NCBI GenBank assembly: GCA_000002445.1
Contig: CP000070.1
Span: 1,312,001-1,376,000 of the forward strand
Direction of reading: 5' to 3'
DNA from: Trypanosoma brucei
Taxonomy: Eukaryota
DNA length: 64,000 nucleotides
The position numbers and the translations under genes were made by a program. This document shows positions 53,358-63,115 of the stretch, piece by piece. Position 1 is the first letter of the stretch. Each line of letters starts with the position of its first letter. The notes under the pieces are model-generated. The model saw only the letters and a program-made list of their open reading frames with translations, was not told where the DNA came from and made no database searches.

Positions 53358-56300
53358 ATGGAGCGACTATCTATTATCCACACATTCGAGAGTGACTCTA
53401 CTTTCCTAGCAGAAGTGCCCTCTGTGACACCTCGCAGTTCTGCTGGACTGACAATGTGTAAGAGCGCAACAGTTACTGAAACGCGTGGGGGACGGTTCAC
53501 AGGCGACCACGAGGGGCCAGCGAGCATAGATTCTACCCTTGACCTTATTCCCGCTTGCTCGGGCACCAGTGAAGGGGATAGGGAACTGAGTGTTGTGCGC
53601 ATTGTTCCCGTCAGCGGCTCCGTGGCATTTCACTCACGTTTTCTTGTCCAATTTGAGGCATACTGTCGCCTCAGTCGTCGGCTGCGGCGTGCCATAGAGT
53701 GGCTGTTGTTAAGTCATCAGACAGAGCAGAAACGCGTTGGTAGTAGCGCTTCTTCTCTTGACAGTTCCATGTTCGACGTCGATTGTCTCACGCGTGCAAC
53801 ACATCCAGTGGACCCAACGGCTTTTCTTGCGTCTGCTTTTGCGCTTCCCCACGTAGTTTCCGTGTCGCCAACACCATTGGACGAGGAAGATATGTTGGGC
53901 CCCCACGGTGAGTTGTGTTCTGCAGAGAGGACAAGAGTCGTGCCATACTGTTTTTTCTACTCATCTCCTGAGCAGCGCCTGTTTCGTGGGGGTTCTGTTC
54001 CATCTTCGCCCTCAGAGCGATCTGGAATGACGGTGCTCGAACGTTTTGCTGCCGTTGCCAAGGCTACTGGCATATGTGGAATTGTACCACCTCCTCACAA
54101 TGCTCTCAGCATTAAAAATCGCACAAAAGTTGGATTAACTCTTTTGGCGTACATGGAGGGCTGTTTACCGAGTTGTATCTTCACCGACGGCAATGGGGGC
54201 CCCAAGTACGGTTCGGGTGTGGCGGCGGATTTCTTTTCACAGTGGAGCGACGACATCTTGTGGCGGTTACTCTGCTCGCTGGTTTCTGCTCTGGCAGTCG
54301 TGCATGCAGGGGGGTTTCACTATTGCGGTGAGTTGACACCTGCTGACATACTCTGTTTCGCGATTCCAGGGGAGAATGATCCTGGTGTGGCTGCAGCTGA
54401 GGCGTTGATGTCTGGGGAGCAGGAGGGAAGTTCCGAAATTCCTGTGGGCCAGCGGTTTCACATGTGGGCAGCTGCCAGCGAACGGCACTGGGCCATAACA
54501 GGCGCAACTCCAGCCCATCGTGCCTTCTTTATGCTTACTACGCCGCCGCGATCGCTTTTTGCTCATTTCCCTGATGACCCACATACAGTGGCTGAGTCCC
54601 AGAGGCGTGACATTGTAGCTGCCGGCAGTGTTGTTTTGAAGGTTGTTGAAGAGATGAAGCGACGACGTGGACAGTCGGAGGCGGGAGGCTGTGTTGAGTT
54701 GCTTTTTGTTGCCCAGCGCATGGTTTCTGTGGAAGAGGGTGGTGCTAACACTTCCAGGACTGACGCAACGGCGTTAGCTCACCGCTTTGCTCAGCTACAG
54801 GTGGTCAGGCTCCGAACACATCTTTGCCTGCTACGCACCGTTGTGGAGGAACGAAATGCGCAGCTCGTAGCTGCCATTCTCTATGGTCGGAGCTTAGATG
54901 GAACCGCTGACAGCCGGAGAAATAACAGGCGGCTCAAAGATAAAAGTGATGAATACAGCTCTTCGGGGAGGGAAAAAGCAACCGCTAAGCCAAGTCGTGG
55001 TCACGAATCTTCTCACGTACGCGATTCTTCCGAAGCTCCACTATTGGTTGGAGACGTGAAGTTGCCGACGCTCGCCGAGCGTGAGCGGGCCCTTGCTGAG
55101 CGAGAGGAAAAGCTTCGTCAGTTTTTAGTTCTGTACGAGCTAACGGCCGAGCGGCTAGACGAACTCCCCGTGGGATCTGAGGGTTTTGAATTCCTTCGGC
55201 AAATGCTGATGCAGGCACCGTCCAGTAAGTCAGAGAAAACGAGGCCCAAATCATGCAGTGGTACGCGACCGACTTCTAAAGAGGGCTCAAAAGAGAGGAC
55301 GCTAACATCCTCATCAACGAGGTCCATATGTGGAACTCCAAGACCTTTAAGGGATGCAGTGAGAAGGGCTACTCCTTTGGGTGAAAGAAGGCAGCAAATC
55401 TTTTCGAGTTTCACTTCCTCCAAGGCGAAGGATGGTGTGCTTTCTGGTATAACTGGTAATGGAAGCGCGGGCACGGCGACGTCGAGCTTAATTGTATCTG
55501 GGTTGGGGGGTTTAAGTAAGGAGAAGCGACCGTTGCGCACCATTTGCAGACAGTCAGTTACCCGTACGCATTCATCTTCCTCACATCGTTGCGGAAGCGC
55601 GAGGCCAAATGTGTCGTCAGTGGTGCATCGGGTTGGTGTGAAGACTCCAACGTCTTCGAGGAATAAAACGGATAGTCCAAAGAGGGCAAATTCCATCGAA
55701 CGTACAGATGAATCGCAGCTGAAGGGCTGTTTTCTCGATATACCCTTCGCTAGGACCGCCAATCGCATAGAAGCATCAGAGAAACTTAAAAATACCCCGA
55801 GGACGGCGTCATCACCGTTGACCAAGGGACTTGGAAGGCCACTGGCAAGCAGATCACCAACAAGAGTGGGTGCCACCGCAGTGACGCTGCATCGAGAGTC
55901 AGCGGATAGGGAACTGTTGCGGTCTACTCAAGCCGTACGGCCGGAGCGTCAGTCAGGTGACAGTGACACATCGCTTCCCAATATGGCGGCCAATTCGTTG
56001 CTTCGACTCTCCGCAAGGGCTCGGACACCCCAGCAGGTGCGCAACGCCGCAACAAAACCAAGCGTTACCAACACTTCCTCAACTTCTGCTGCACAGGGAC
56101 TGGTCCCTGGTTTGGCGCTCCCAAGTAATTCCACATCGGTACACCCCAACGGAAAGTTACTCCACACAGCAACCGAGGGGGTGTCAGCAAACCATGAAGC
56201 TGCCGCACAACCAAAGCAAGAGGCTGTTTCGTGTGCAAAAACCCAGGTCAAGACCCTGACAAGTGAGGAAACTGTCAAGCAAAGAAAGCAATCTGAGAGG

Positions 56301-56912
56301 GTGGACCCACCCCCCACTAATGCAGATGGCTCTTCACCAGGTTTCTCGCCGGTGAACAACTGTGGGGGAATAATGACGGTTATAGATATGAACGATGACA
56401 ACCAGGTGGTTATGGGGGGAGGGGGTAGTTCTTTGAATTCCGTGGGACGCTGCAACGTTGGTAGTCCTTCTAACACGGCAGAATCGTCGGGGGGCCGCGC
56501 ATGTGGAGCCGGGGAATTCAGTGCAGCCATCACCGATAGGAGTTTAAGCACTGCTGCATCTGAAGGTGCCCGAGCCCACAACGAAAAAAGGACCATGTTT
56601 GGCCCACAACAGCAGCTCTCGGTGCGTCCTGGCTACCGTTCGGATCGCGAAGGCCCTGGCACTCCTCGGTCCCTTCGCCCTCGAGTGTGTGACGGGTGGG
56701 TCGATAATCACCTTGCTGCACTTGAGCGGATGAGAACCGATTTTCACCAATCAGAAGCTACCAAAAGCATACGAAATACTCCTAATGGCAAGTTGCTGAC
56801 AGCAGGGCTAGCTGCGACGCATCTCGCCGACCAATCAGATTCTGCTTTGTGCGCGAATGCGAGCTCGGGAAATAGTGCTGATAGATCCACTCTAGTAAAC
56901 AGCGAAAATTGA
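53358..56912 (+). CDS. Large protein with protein-kinase-like domain lacking catalytic-loop residues (pseudokinase-like), plus long Ser/Thr/Pro-rich tail (1184 aa)
   Basis: ATG start. TLLAYMEGCLPSCIF resembles the kinase hinge (LVMEYxEGGxLxxxI). WRLLCSLVSALAVVHAGGFHYCGELTPADILCFA aligns with QIxxALxYLHSxxIIHRDLKPENILL, but HRD is YCG, Lys is Thr, and Asn is Asp. The C-terminal ~600 aa is low-complexity S/T/P/R-rich. Confidence 0.5.
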   Translation: MERLSIIHTFESDSTFLAEVPSVTPRSSAGLTMCKSATVTETRGGRFTGDHEGPASIDSTLDLIPACSGTSEGDRELSVVRIVPVSGSVAFHSRFLVQFEAYCRLSRRLRRAIEWLLLSHQTEQKRVGSSASSLDSSMFDVDCLTRATHPVDPTAFLASAFALPHVVSVSPTPLDEEDMLGPHGELCSAERTRVVPYCFFYSSPEQRLFRGGSVPSSPSERSGMTVLERFAAVAKATGICGIVPPPHNALSIKNRTKVGLTLLAYMEGCLPSCIFTDGNGGPKYGSGVAADFFSQWSDDILWRLLCSLVSALAVVHAGGFHYCGELTPADILCFAIPGENDPGVAAAEALMSGEQEGSSEIPVGQRFHMWAAASERHWAITGATPAHRAFFMLTTPPRSLFAHFPDDPHTVAESQRRDIVAAGSVVLKVVEEMKRRRGQSEAGGCVELLFVAQRMVSVEEGGANTSRTDATALAHRFAQLQVVRLRTHLCLLRTVVEERNAQLVAAILYGRSLDGTADSRRNNRRLKDKSDEYSSSGREKATAKPSRGHESSHVRDSSEAPLLVGDVKLPTLAERERALAEREEKLRQFLVLYELTAERLDELPVGSEGFEFLRQMLMQAPSSKSEKTRPKSCSGTRPTSKEGSKERTLTSSSTRSICGTPRPLRDAVRRATPLGERRQQIFSSFTSSKAKDGVLSGITGNGSAGTATSSLIVSGLGGLSKEKRPLRTICRQSVTRTHSSSSHRCGSARPNVSSVVHRVGVKTPTSSRNKTDSPKRANSIERTDESQLKGCFLDIPFARTANRIEASEKLKNTPRTASSPLTKGLGRPLASRSPTRVGATAVTLHRESADRELLRSTQAVRPERQSGDSDTSLPNMAANSLLRLSARARTPQQVRNAATKPSVTNTSSTSAAQGLVPGLALPSNSTSVHPNGKLLHTATEGVSANHEAAAQPKQEAVSCAKTQVKTLTSEETVKQRKQSERVDPPPTNADGSSPGFSPVNNCGGIMTVIDMNDDNQVVMGGGGSSLNSVGRCNVGSPSNTAESSGGRACGAGEFSAAITDRSLSTAASEGARAHNEKRTMFGPQQQLSVRPGYRSDREGPGTPRSLRPRVCDGWVDNHLAALERMRTDFHQSEATKSIRNTPNGKLLTAGLAATHLADQSDSALCANASSGNSADRSTLVNSEN

Positions 56913-57680
56913 TCGTTGGTCGTCCTCCTTAGTACCCAGCATGGGAGGGCTTGGACACACCAAAGTGACTTCAGAGGAATGAACCGTCTCAAGAGGTTCG
57001 GAGTGACCTAGCAACATGTGGAGGTTCCAGTTTAATAAGGAGGTGTCTTCGTGGAAGTATTCATGAGGGGATTTTGAAAAAGTGTTGGGGGTCTGGTGCG
57101 CCCTTCTGTGACAAAGAACGTGAGGAAAACAGCGTAGTGAGAATGGAGCTGTGGGTGTGCGTGGGGTAAACTGATTTGAGCTGACGGTACAGCGCTGGTG
57201 ATAAATACTGCTTACGTGTACGCCCATGTTTTCATCACTTCGAAGTGTAGTCTGGTCATCGGTCTCTGGATATATAGAATGAAACTAAGGTAAACGAATG
57301 AAATGTTTGTTGATATCCGAACGGTATCTCCACATTTCCATTTTCTACGTTTACCGCAGGCTTAATTTAAAGGGGAAAGCGGAGTTTTTTTTTTTAAATT
57401 CCAGTTTTTATTTTGCCTTAACTGTCCATTTCATTGTTGTTGTTTTTGTGCCATTGAGTGATTACATTTGTCTTGTTTCGTTTGCTTGCTCCAACCCTCT
57501 TTCTTTTATAGTAACTGGGCTGACCAATGAGCGGACTGAATATGCTTCTTCCTTCGTAAACACTTATTCTTTGTCGCTTATTTTAACATGCGCTTCCCCA
57601 CTTTCTCCATCTTGTACGATGACCTAAAGGGGAAGGTGGCAACGTTCACCTACTGCTACTTCCTTTTGCAATAATACGGA

Positions 57681-59855
57681 ATGGAAGATGACATTATACA
57701 AGGTCGCTGTTCCGCTATCATCCAACAAATCGTGTGCGCTGGCGCACCACAGCAAGCACCCAACCAAAAGCGCCTCCTTACTGCGGCGGCAGAGGCGTTA
57801 CGACATCAAGCCATGTTAATGTATCGTCTTTGTCGAGCGAGGAAAGAAAAACTATCGGATGATCAGACAGAGGATGCGGCTTATTGTGTACTAGCCTCTG
57901 TGGCCTCACTCCAGCCTGCGCTCTGGGCGAAACTCACCGATTGGGCCCATTTATTGCGACCAAAACAGCCTGTATTACGTTTTCTTTCCCCTATTCCAAT
58001 GATTGTGAAGTTGAAGGAGGTCCTTCACTTCATTGCTCGCACCGCCCATTTACAGGTTGGTTCATCGACAACAGCACTGAATTTGGCACTATCAAAGTCG
58101 CCAGTAGAACGGCCAGCCGCGGCTTCGGTTCCTGAAGGTGCTGCGGTGGTCACTGGGCAGAGGTCCGAGCCAACAAGGGACTCCACAACAAATCATGGTT
58201 CGTACCGTAAGCGTGGACGAGAAGAGAAAAGCAAAACGCATGAAACCACATTGGGGCCCCAACTTGCCCTACAAGTAGCCTTTGCGTATTTCCGTCTCAC
58301 CGTACCTAATGCAAAGAAGCTTCAAGCTGTTATTGTCACGCGCGAATCTGAAGACGATGGCACGAAATTAGTTGCTCAATTGGAAGACACTCTGATGATG
58401 AGGGGTTGCCCCATTTCGCATCACTTATCGTCCGGAAATGGAACAACAAGTACCAGTAGCGGCGTGCACGCCCACCCAAATTTACTTAAGCTAGGGGATG
58501 ATGCGGATGACGAGGAGAACTTTGATGCTCCCTCTACGCTGTTACCTCTTGCATATCCTGCATCGTTGGGGTCATTGGTTTCCCCAAGAAATACAAATGG
58601 TATAGAAACCACTCCTATTTTCGCCTCACCGATCAGTCTACCAGCGTTGGCTGACGCCATAGATACGACCCGCTCAGCGCTATACTATAGTCGACTGCAG
58701 CGGTGTTTGCGGAACCCACTCCTGTTTTCACCATTGGAATGCGCTAGTGTTGAGGGGGGTATTCTACCAACCGGCGCAGCTACATCATTAGACTCCCGGT
58801 TTTTCCCCGTATCGTTTAGCGGTTCGCTGGATGGAAATTCCACGATGTTATTTTCATCACCCGCACACTTTCTTCATCCCGCCCGCGCTTGCCCGCAATC
58901 GCTTTTGCCTCTCCCCCCTCAGATGGTAACTGCGGAGTACCTGTGGAAACGGTTGCTTGTGGCTGGTCTGTGGCTCCTTTCTGCGAGCGGCGACCCCGCA
59001 TCAGCGATTGATAGTCGCGTGCTGCACTACTGTTGTCGTGTTGTCAAGGCAGCCTCGAGGGGCGATGTGGTGTGCCTGGTGTGTGACGATCTCGTGCGGG
59101 AAAGACCTACACTCTACATTTCTGCGCTGGCACGCCCAACTGGGGGAACCGTTGGGGGAGTGCAGGGGGAGAAGGATCATAGGTCCTGGGAGGAAATGAA
59201 ATGCATGCCAGTAGAAAAGACCCCACCGGGCGAGGCAGCACATGGTGGTGGTCCCTTAGCATGCGAAGTGCTTCGGGCCCTATCGAAAGAGTTGCATGAA
59301 AAATCCTATGAGCTCGTTGCGAGAGGTACGGTTGGACAATGTAATACTTCGGGCACCTTGGGACTTGCAGCGGGGGCGCAGAATTCAGGGGGTGGTGCTG
59401 AGACCTGTATCGGGAGAACCAATCCCACTTTGCCAACCTTGCGCGAACTCGTGGACGAGGTGAGGAGCACCTACCCTGTTGAAGCTTGTCGTGCCGCGCT
59501 CATTGGTGGTATGGACGGTGAGGCGGCAATGCGCTGCTTGTTGCTTCGGTGTGGTGATGTTAACGAAGACGACGCGTTGTCGTATCCCTGCTGTCCACAC
59601 AATACACAGGAGACTGTTGGCGCGTATGGGTGTGCAACTGCTTCGCTGAACGTCGACGGATTACTGTCCGTCGTGCCTTACGTTCCACGGCTTCGTGAGA
59701 CTGATGGGGTTCTCGAATGCGCCGGCTGTTTTCTTCTGTTCCACCAGTCGTGTGTGTGCCCCACGCAGCGTGACATTGCGGGAGGGTGCTTTCTCTGTCA
59801 CAACTGCCGTTTGAGGCGTACCGGCCAGCTCAGGTTAGACCAGCCGGTTGCATAG
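57681..59855 (+). CDS. Hypothetical protein with UBA/CUE-like helix bundle and C-terminal Cys/His zinc-binding motif (724 aa)
   Basis: ATG start. TYPVEACRAALIGGMDGEAAMRCLLLRCG is UBA/CUE-like. C-terminal CAGCFLLFHQSCVCPTQRDIAGGCFLCHNC is PHD/RING-like treble-clef. Confidence 0.5.
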   Translation: MEDDIIQGRCSAIIQQIVCAGAPQQAPNQKRLLTAAAEALRHQAMLMYRLCRARKEKLSDDQTEDAAYCVLASVASLQPALWAKLTDWAHLLRPKQPVLRFLSPIPMIVKLKEVLHFIARTAHLQVGSSTTALNLALSKSPVERPAAASVPEGAAVVTGQRSEPTRDSTTNHGSYRKRGREEKSKTHETTLGPQLALQVAFAYFRLTVPNAKKLQAVIVTRESEDDGTKLVAQLEDTLMMRGCPISHHLSSGNGTTSTSSGVHAHPNLLKLGDDADDEENFDAPSTLLPLAYPASLGSLVSPRNTNGIETTPIFASPISLPALADAIDTTRSALYYSRLQRCLRNPLLFSPLECASVEGGILPTGAATSLDSRFFPVSFSGSLDGNSTMLFSSPAHFLHPARACPQSLLPLPPQMVTAEYLWKRLLVAGLWLLSASGDPASAIDSRVLHYCCRVVKAASRGDVVCLVCDDLVRERPTLYISALARPTGGTVGGVQGEKDHRSWEEMKCMPVEKTPPGEAAHGGGPLACEVLRALSKELHEKSYELVARGTVGQCNTSGTLGLAAGAQNSGGGAETCIGRTNPTLPTLRELVDEVRSTYPVEACRAALIGGMDGEAAMRCLLLRCGDVNEDDALSYPCCPHNTQETVGAYGCATASLNVDGLLSVVPYVPRLRETDGVLECAGCFLLFHQSCVCPTQRDIAGGCFLCHNCRLRRTGQLRLDQPVA

Positions 59856-60418
59856 TGCTTTTTTGGTATGTGTATATGTGTGTGCTTCTCATAGATATGA
59901 TTTGAGCGCGCGGAGTTAAGTAGTCATTATTATTGCTATTCCCACTACCTAGTGTGAAGCCACGGGGTTCTATTTTCCATACCTCCCGCCTCTTTTATGT
60001 CGGATGTTGCTATTGCCACCCGATAATATTCCTTTTTTGTTTTCCTTTGTTATTTTCTTCCTTGTCCGAACAACTGGCCGTTCCGCGCGTTTCTGGTTGT
60101 TATTCGCGTCGGTGAAACGTGATGGTCGCTTGGGGAGTGAAGCCAGCCATAACCGAAGGAGGGAATACCGTACGGAGTCGGCAGTGAAGAAGTGCCTGAG
60201 CTGCATCCACTGCCTCAAAGAAAGTGCGAAGCTTAAACTGAAAGAAAGTACGTTGGGGTGAGAAGTAAGCGACAAAAAGTTTTCCAGCAGCTAAAAAAAG
60301 TCGGCAGAACGAAAAGGAGTAAGGAGGTATTGGAAAATACAAAGAGAGCGTGAAGCCGAGGGCGAAGAAAAAACAACTAAAGAAGTCAGAACTACTAGGG
60401 GAAGGAGTGAAATCGGTA

Positions 60419-63115
60419 ATGAGCCTGGTACAGAACCAAGTTTCAGGCAACCCATATGGGAGACAGTCCTTTCTCGTAGTGTTCGACTTTGATCACACTG
60501 TTGTGGACTGCAACAGCGACGATGCGGTACCACAGTGTTTAGGTCGTGAAAAGTTCAGGGAGGAGCTTCTTCGGAGTGAAGAGGGGAAAATACAGTGGAC
60601 TAATGTGTGTGATGCCGTCGTGGCTCCCTTTACAAAGCAGCAACTCGAGGACGCCGTGATAGAGGGCATCGAAATGGACAAGGACATGCCCGATGTGTTC
60701 CGCTTTCTTGCGCAAGGACACGCAAGGGTGGTGGGTGGCGAGGGTGGTGGAAACTCCTTCCCCGATGTGGAAATTGCATTTGCGAGTGACGCGAATCATC
60801 TCTTCATTGAAGCCACCATTGACCACCATCTTTCTTTCGCACGGGAGTCCATCTCTCAGATACACAGTAACCCCTTTCATGAAGTAAATAACGGGGATGG
60901 TGAAGGCGATCGTAAGTGTCGTGTTACGTGGTATGAGCCCACGGGGCACGATTGTCGAAGCTGCGCTGACCGCGATCACCCAAACATGTGCAAAAGCCTC
61001 ATCATTGCTCGCTTACTTCACAGCACTCGACTTATTGACCCAACCGTCATTTTTGTTGGTGATGGTGAAAACGATTACTGTCCCGTGTTGAACGCACTTC
61101 GGCCAAGAGACTGCATACTGGCACGTCGTAATTTCTCCATCCACAAAGCCCTTGCAGACCCCAGCTACACCAGTGGGTGTTGCAGGGTTGGGCTGTGGGA
61201 GAATGCAAAGGAAATGCTGTCATGCTTGAAACAACTAATGTCTCCGGGGCTGCGGCTTCCAACACTCGTGCGATTCAAAGACGTAGGTCCCCACGAGTTT
61301 CGTGCGGTTACGTTATCAACTCGCATGCCGCAGGTGCTCAGTCGCACGCTTGCGGACAATGCGGCAGAGGTTAGTCCCGAAGGCCGGCGTCTGATGGACG
61401 TGCTGATCGAGGATACTAAGCAAAACGGGCCGGTGCCGTCGCTCCCTGGTCAGAGCGTGGTTTCCCCTTGGTTGCAGGCATACGCCTCGACGGTAGAGTT
61501 TGACCATGCGGCCCATCAGATTGGGGAGCACAGCAAAGCACCTGCCGTCCCCAGGTGGGGACAACTTCCTTGGTTGCAGGGAGAGATATATTTTTACAAC
61601 GTGTTTGCGCAGTATATGTTGCTGGGGAAGGCTAACCCCCCTAGCGTATCAGAGGACAAGAGTACCCTGATGCCAAACCTTGTGACACCTTATGCCACTT
61701 GCACTCCTTTAAAAGCCCAGGGGTCCGGTGCTTCCTCTGTCGCGGAGATACAAGCGAGCGGTTCCACCCCACTTCAGTTCTTTAACCCTGCCAGGCTTGC
61801 CTGGAACAGTAAACAGAACGGGGAGTTACTCAGTGTTGGAGACAGCGTGGTCCTACGCGACAAGTCGAAGAGTTATTACGAAATCATGGGTGGTGATTCA
61901 CTCGTCAAACGGCATGACCACTTCCAATCGTATCGTGATTTCTTTCTGCGAGAGAAGCGCGAGGTAATCCACAAATTCCTGCGTCCGAAAATATGTCCGA
62001 TGCTCGCTTGCATTCCATGGGAGACGAATGAGGAATTTATCACTGTACTCTTGCGCTGGATGCTATGGGGCAATGCCATTGACCTCTCTATGTTTACGTT
62101 GGAGGGGCTACAGGTGACATCACATATTGGCGAAGCGAAGGGTTCGGAGAAGTGGAGCAAAGTTGAAGAGTTGCGTGCAGCGGAGTCAACGGCAGCAAGG
62201 GGGCAGGATGAACGTATTGTGGGAAACCAACTCGAAGAGATTGCTAAGGTTGTGCGCCGAATCGTTCGAGACGAGCCCACAACAAGCGGTGGTACGACCA
62301 GAAGTCGCACCGTTAATATTGTGATGGACAACGTCGGAGTTGAATGTGTGGCTGACCTCATCTTTACTTTATGGCTTCTCAATCATCACCCATCTCTGCG
62401 TGTCGTGCTCCACGTAAAGAGCATTCCGTACTATGTGTCAGATGTAACACCACCAGATTTTGATTTTCTCCTGAACGAGTTGGAAGAGTGCTCAAAACAA
62501 GATGTTGATCTCACGAGAATTCTCATACCTTTTGTGAAGGCGCTTCGTGAGGGTTTCAGCAGCGGCAGAATTTGTATTGATGCCGATCCGTTTTGGACTC
62601 AACCTTGTGAGTACCGCGAAATGCCACCCCACGTGTGCAACTCATTTTTCTTTAGCCAGCGTGTATCGGCAAGCGAGGAGACTCAAGGAGAGTACCCATC
62701 ATCAAGTCGTGAACTGTTTCCTCGCAGGTTGTACGTGGGACATTCTGCTCTCGTCATATTTAAGGGTGATTTGAATTTCCGACGCCTTATTGGCGACCGA
62801 CACTGGGACAACCGATCATTCATGTCGACAATAAAGCCATGCGAGCGCACTTCTCCATCTGTTGCCTCAACTCTGCTTGCTGACACTCCGTGTAGTGGGG
62901 ACGAGAGCACGGCGGTGGCGCCGAGCTTTGAGAACATTGTGTCTGCCTTTTGGCCTGTGCTAACCGTTCCAGTGTGCGCGATACGCACCATAAAGAGTGA
63001 GCTCTGCGTGGGAGTACCGTTCCAGAAACAGGACAAACTTGACTCCAGTGACCCGAAGTGGAGAACGTCCGGCAGTTTTGGGGTTGTTTTAATTGCCACC
63101 GGAGAGAGTCACTGA
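60419..63115 (+). CDS. Two-domain phosphatase: N-terminal HAD (PHOSPHO1/2-like) fused to C-terminal DUF89/ARMT1-type metal-dependent phosphatase (898 aa from first ATG)
   Basis: Track start is GTG at 60350; first ATG at 60419. HAD motif I is FLVVFDFDHTVVDCNSDD (DxDxT/V). HAD motif IV is VIFVGDGENDYCPV (GDGxND). DUF89 signatures are IVMDNVGVECVADLIF (DNxGxE...D) and ALVIFKGDLNFRRLIGDRHWD (KGDxNYRKLxGD). The reading frame is continuous with no stop between the domains. Confidence 0.7.
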   Translation: MSLVQNQVSGNPYGRQSFLVVFDFDHTVVDCNSDDAVPQCLGREKFREELLRSEEGKIQWTNVCDAVVAPFTKQQLEDAVIEGIEMDKDMPDVFRFLAQGHARVVGGEGGGNSFPDVEIAFASDANHLFIEATIDHHLSFARESISQIHSNPFHEVNNGDGEGDRKCRVTWYEPTGHDCRSCADRDHPNMCKSLIIARLLHSTRLIDPTVIFVGDGENDYCPVLNALRPRDCILARRNFSIHKALADPSYTSGCCRVGLWENAKEMLSCLKQLMSPGLRLPTLVRFKDVGPHEFRAVTLSTRMPQVLSRTLADNAAEVSPEGRRLMDVLIEDTKQNGPVPSLPGQSVVSPWLQAYASTVEFDHAAHQIGEHSKAPAVPRWGQLPWLQGEIYFYNVFAQYMLLGKANPPSVSEDKSTLMPNLVTPYATCTPLKAQGSGASSVAEIQASGSTPLQFFNPARLAWNSKQNGELLSVGDSVVLRDKSKSYYEIMGGDSLVKRHDHFQSYRDFFLREKREVIHKFLRPKICPMLACIPWETNEEFITVLLRWMLWGNAIDLSMFTLEGLQVTSHIGEAKGSEKWSKVEELRAAESTAARGQDERIVGNQLEEIAKVVRRIVRDEPTTSGGTTRSRTVNIVMDNVGVECVADLIFTLWLLNHHPSLRVVLHVKSIPYYVSDVTPPDFDFLLNELEECSKQDVDLTRILIPFVKALREGFSSGRICIDADPFWTQPCEYREMPPHVCNSFFFSQRVSASEETQGEYPSSSRELFPRRLYVGHSALVIFKGDLNFRRLIGDRHWDNRSFMSTIKPCERTSPSVASTLLADTPCSGDESTAVAPSFENIVSAFWPVLTVPVCAIRTIKSELCVGVPFQKQDKLDSSDPKWRTSGSFGVVLIATGESH

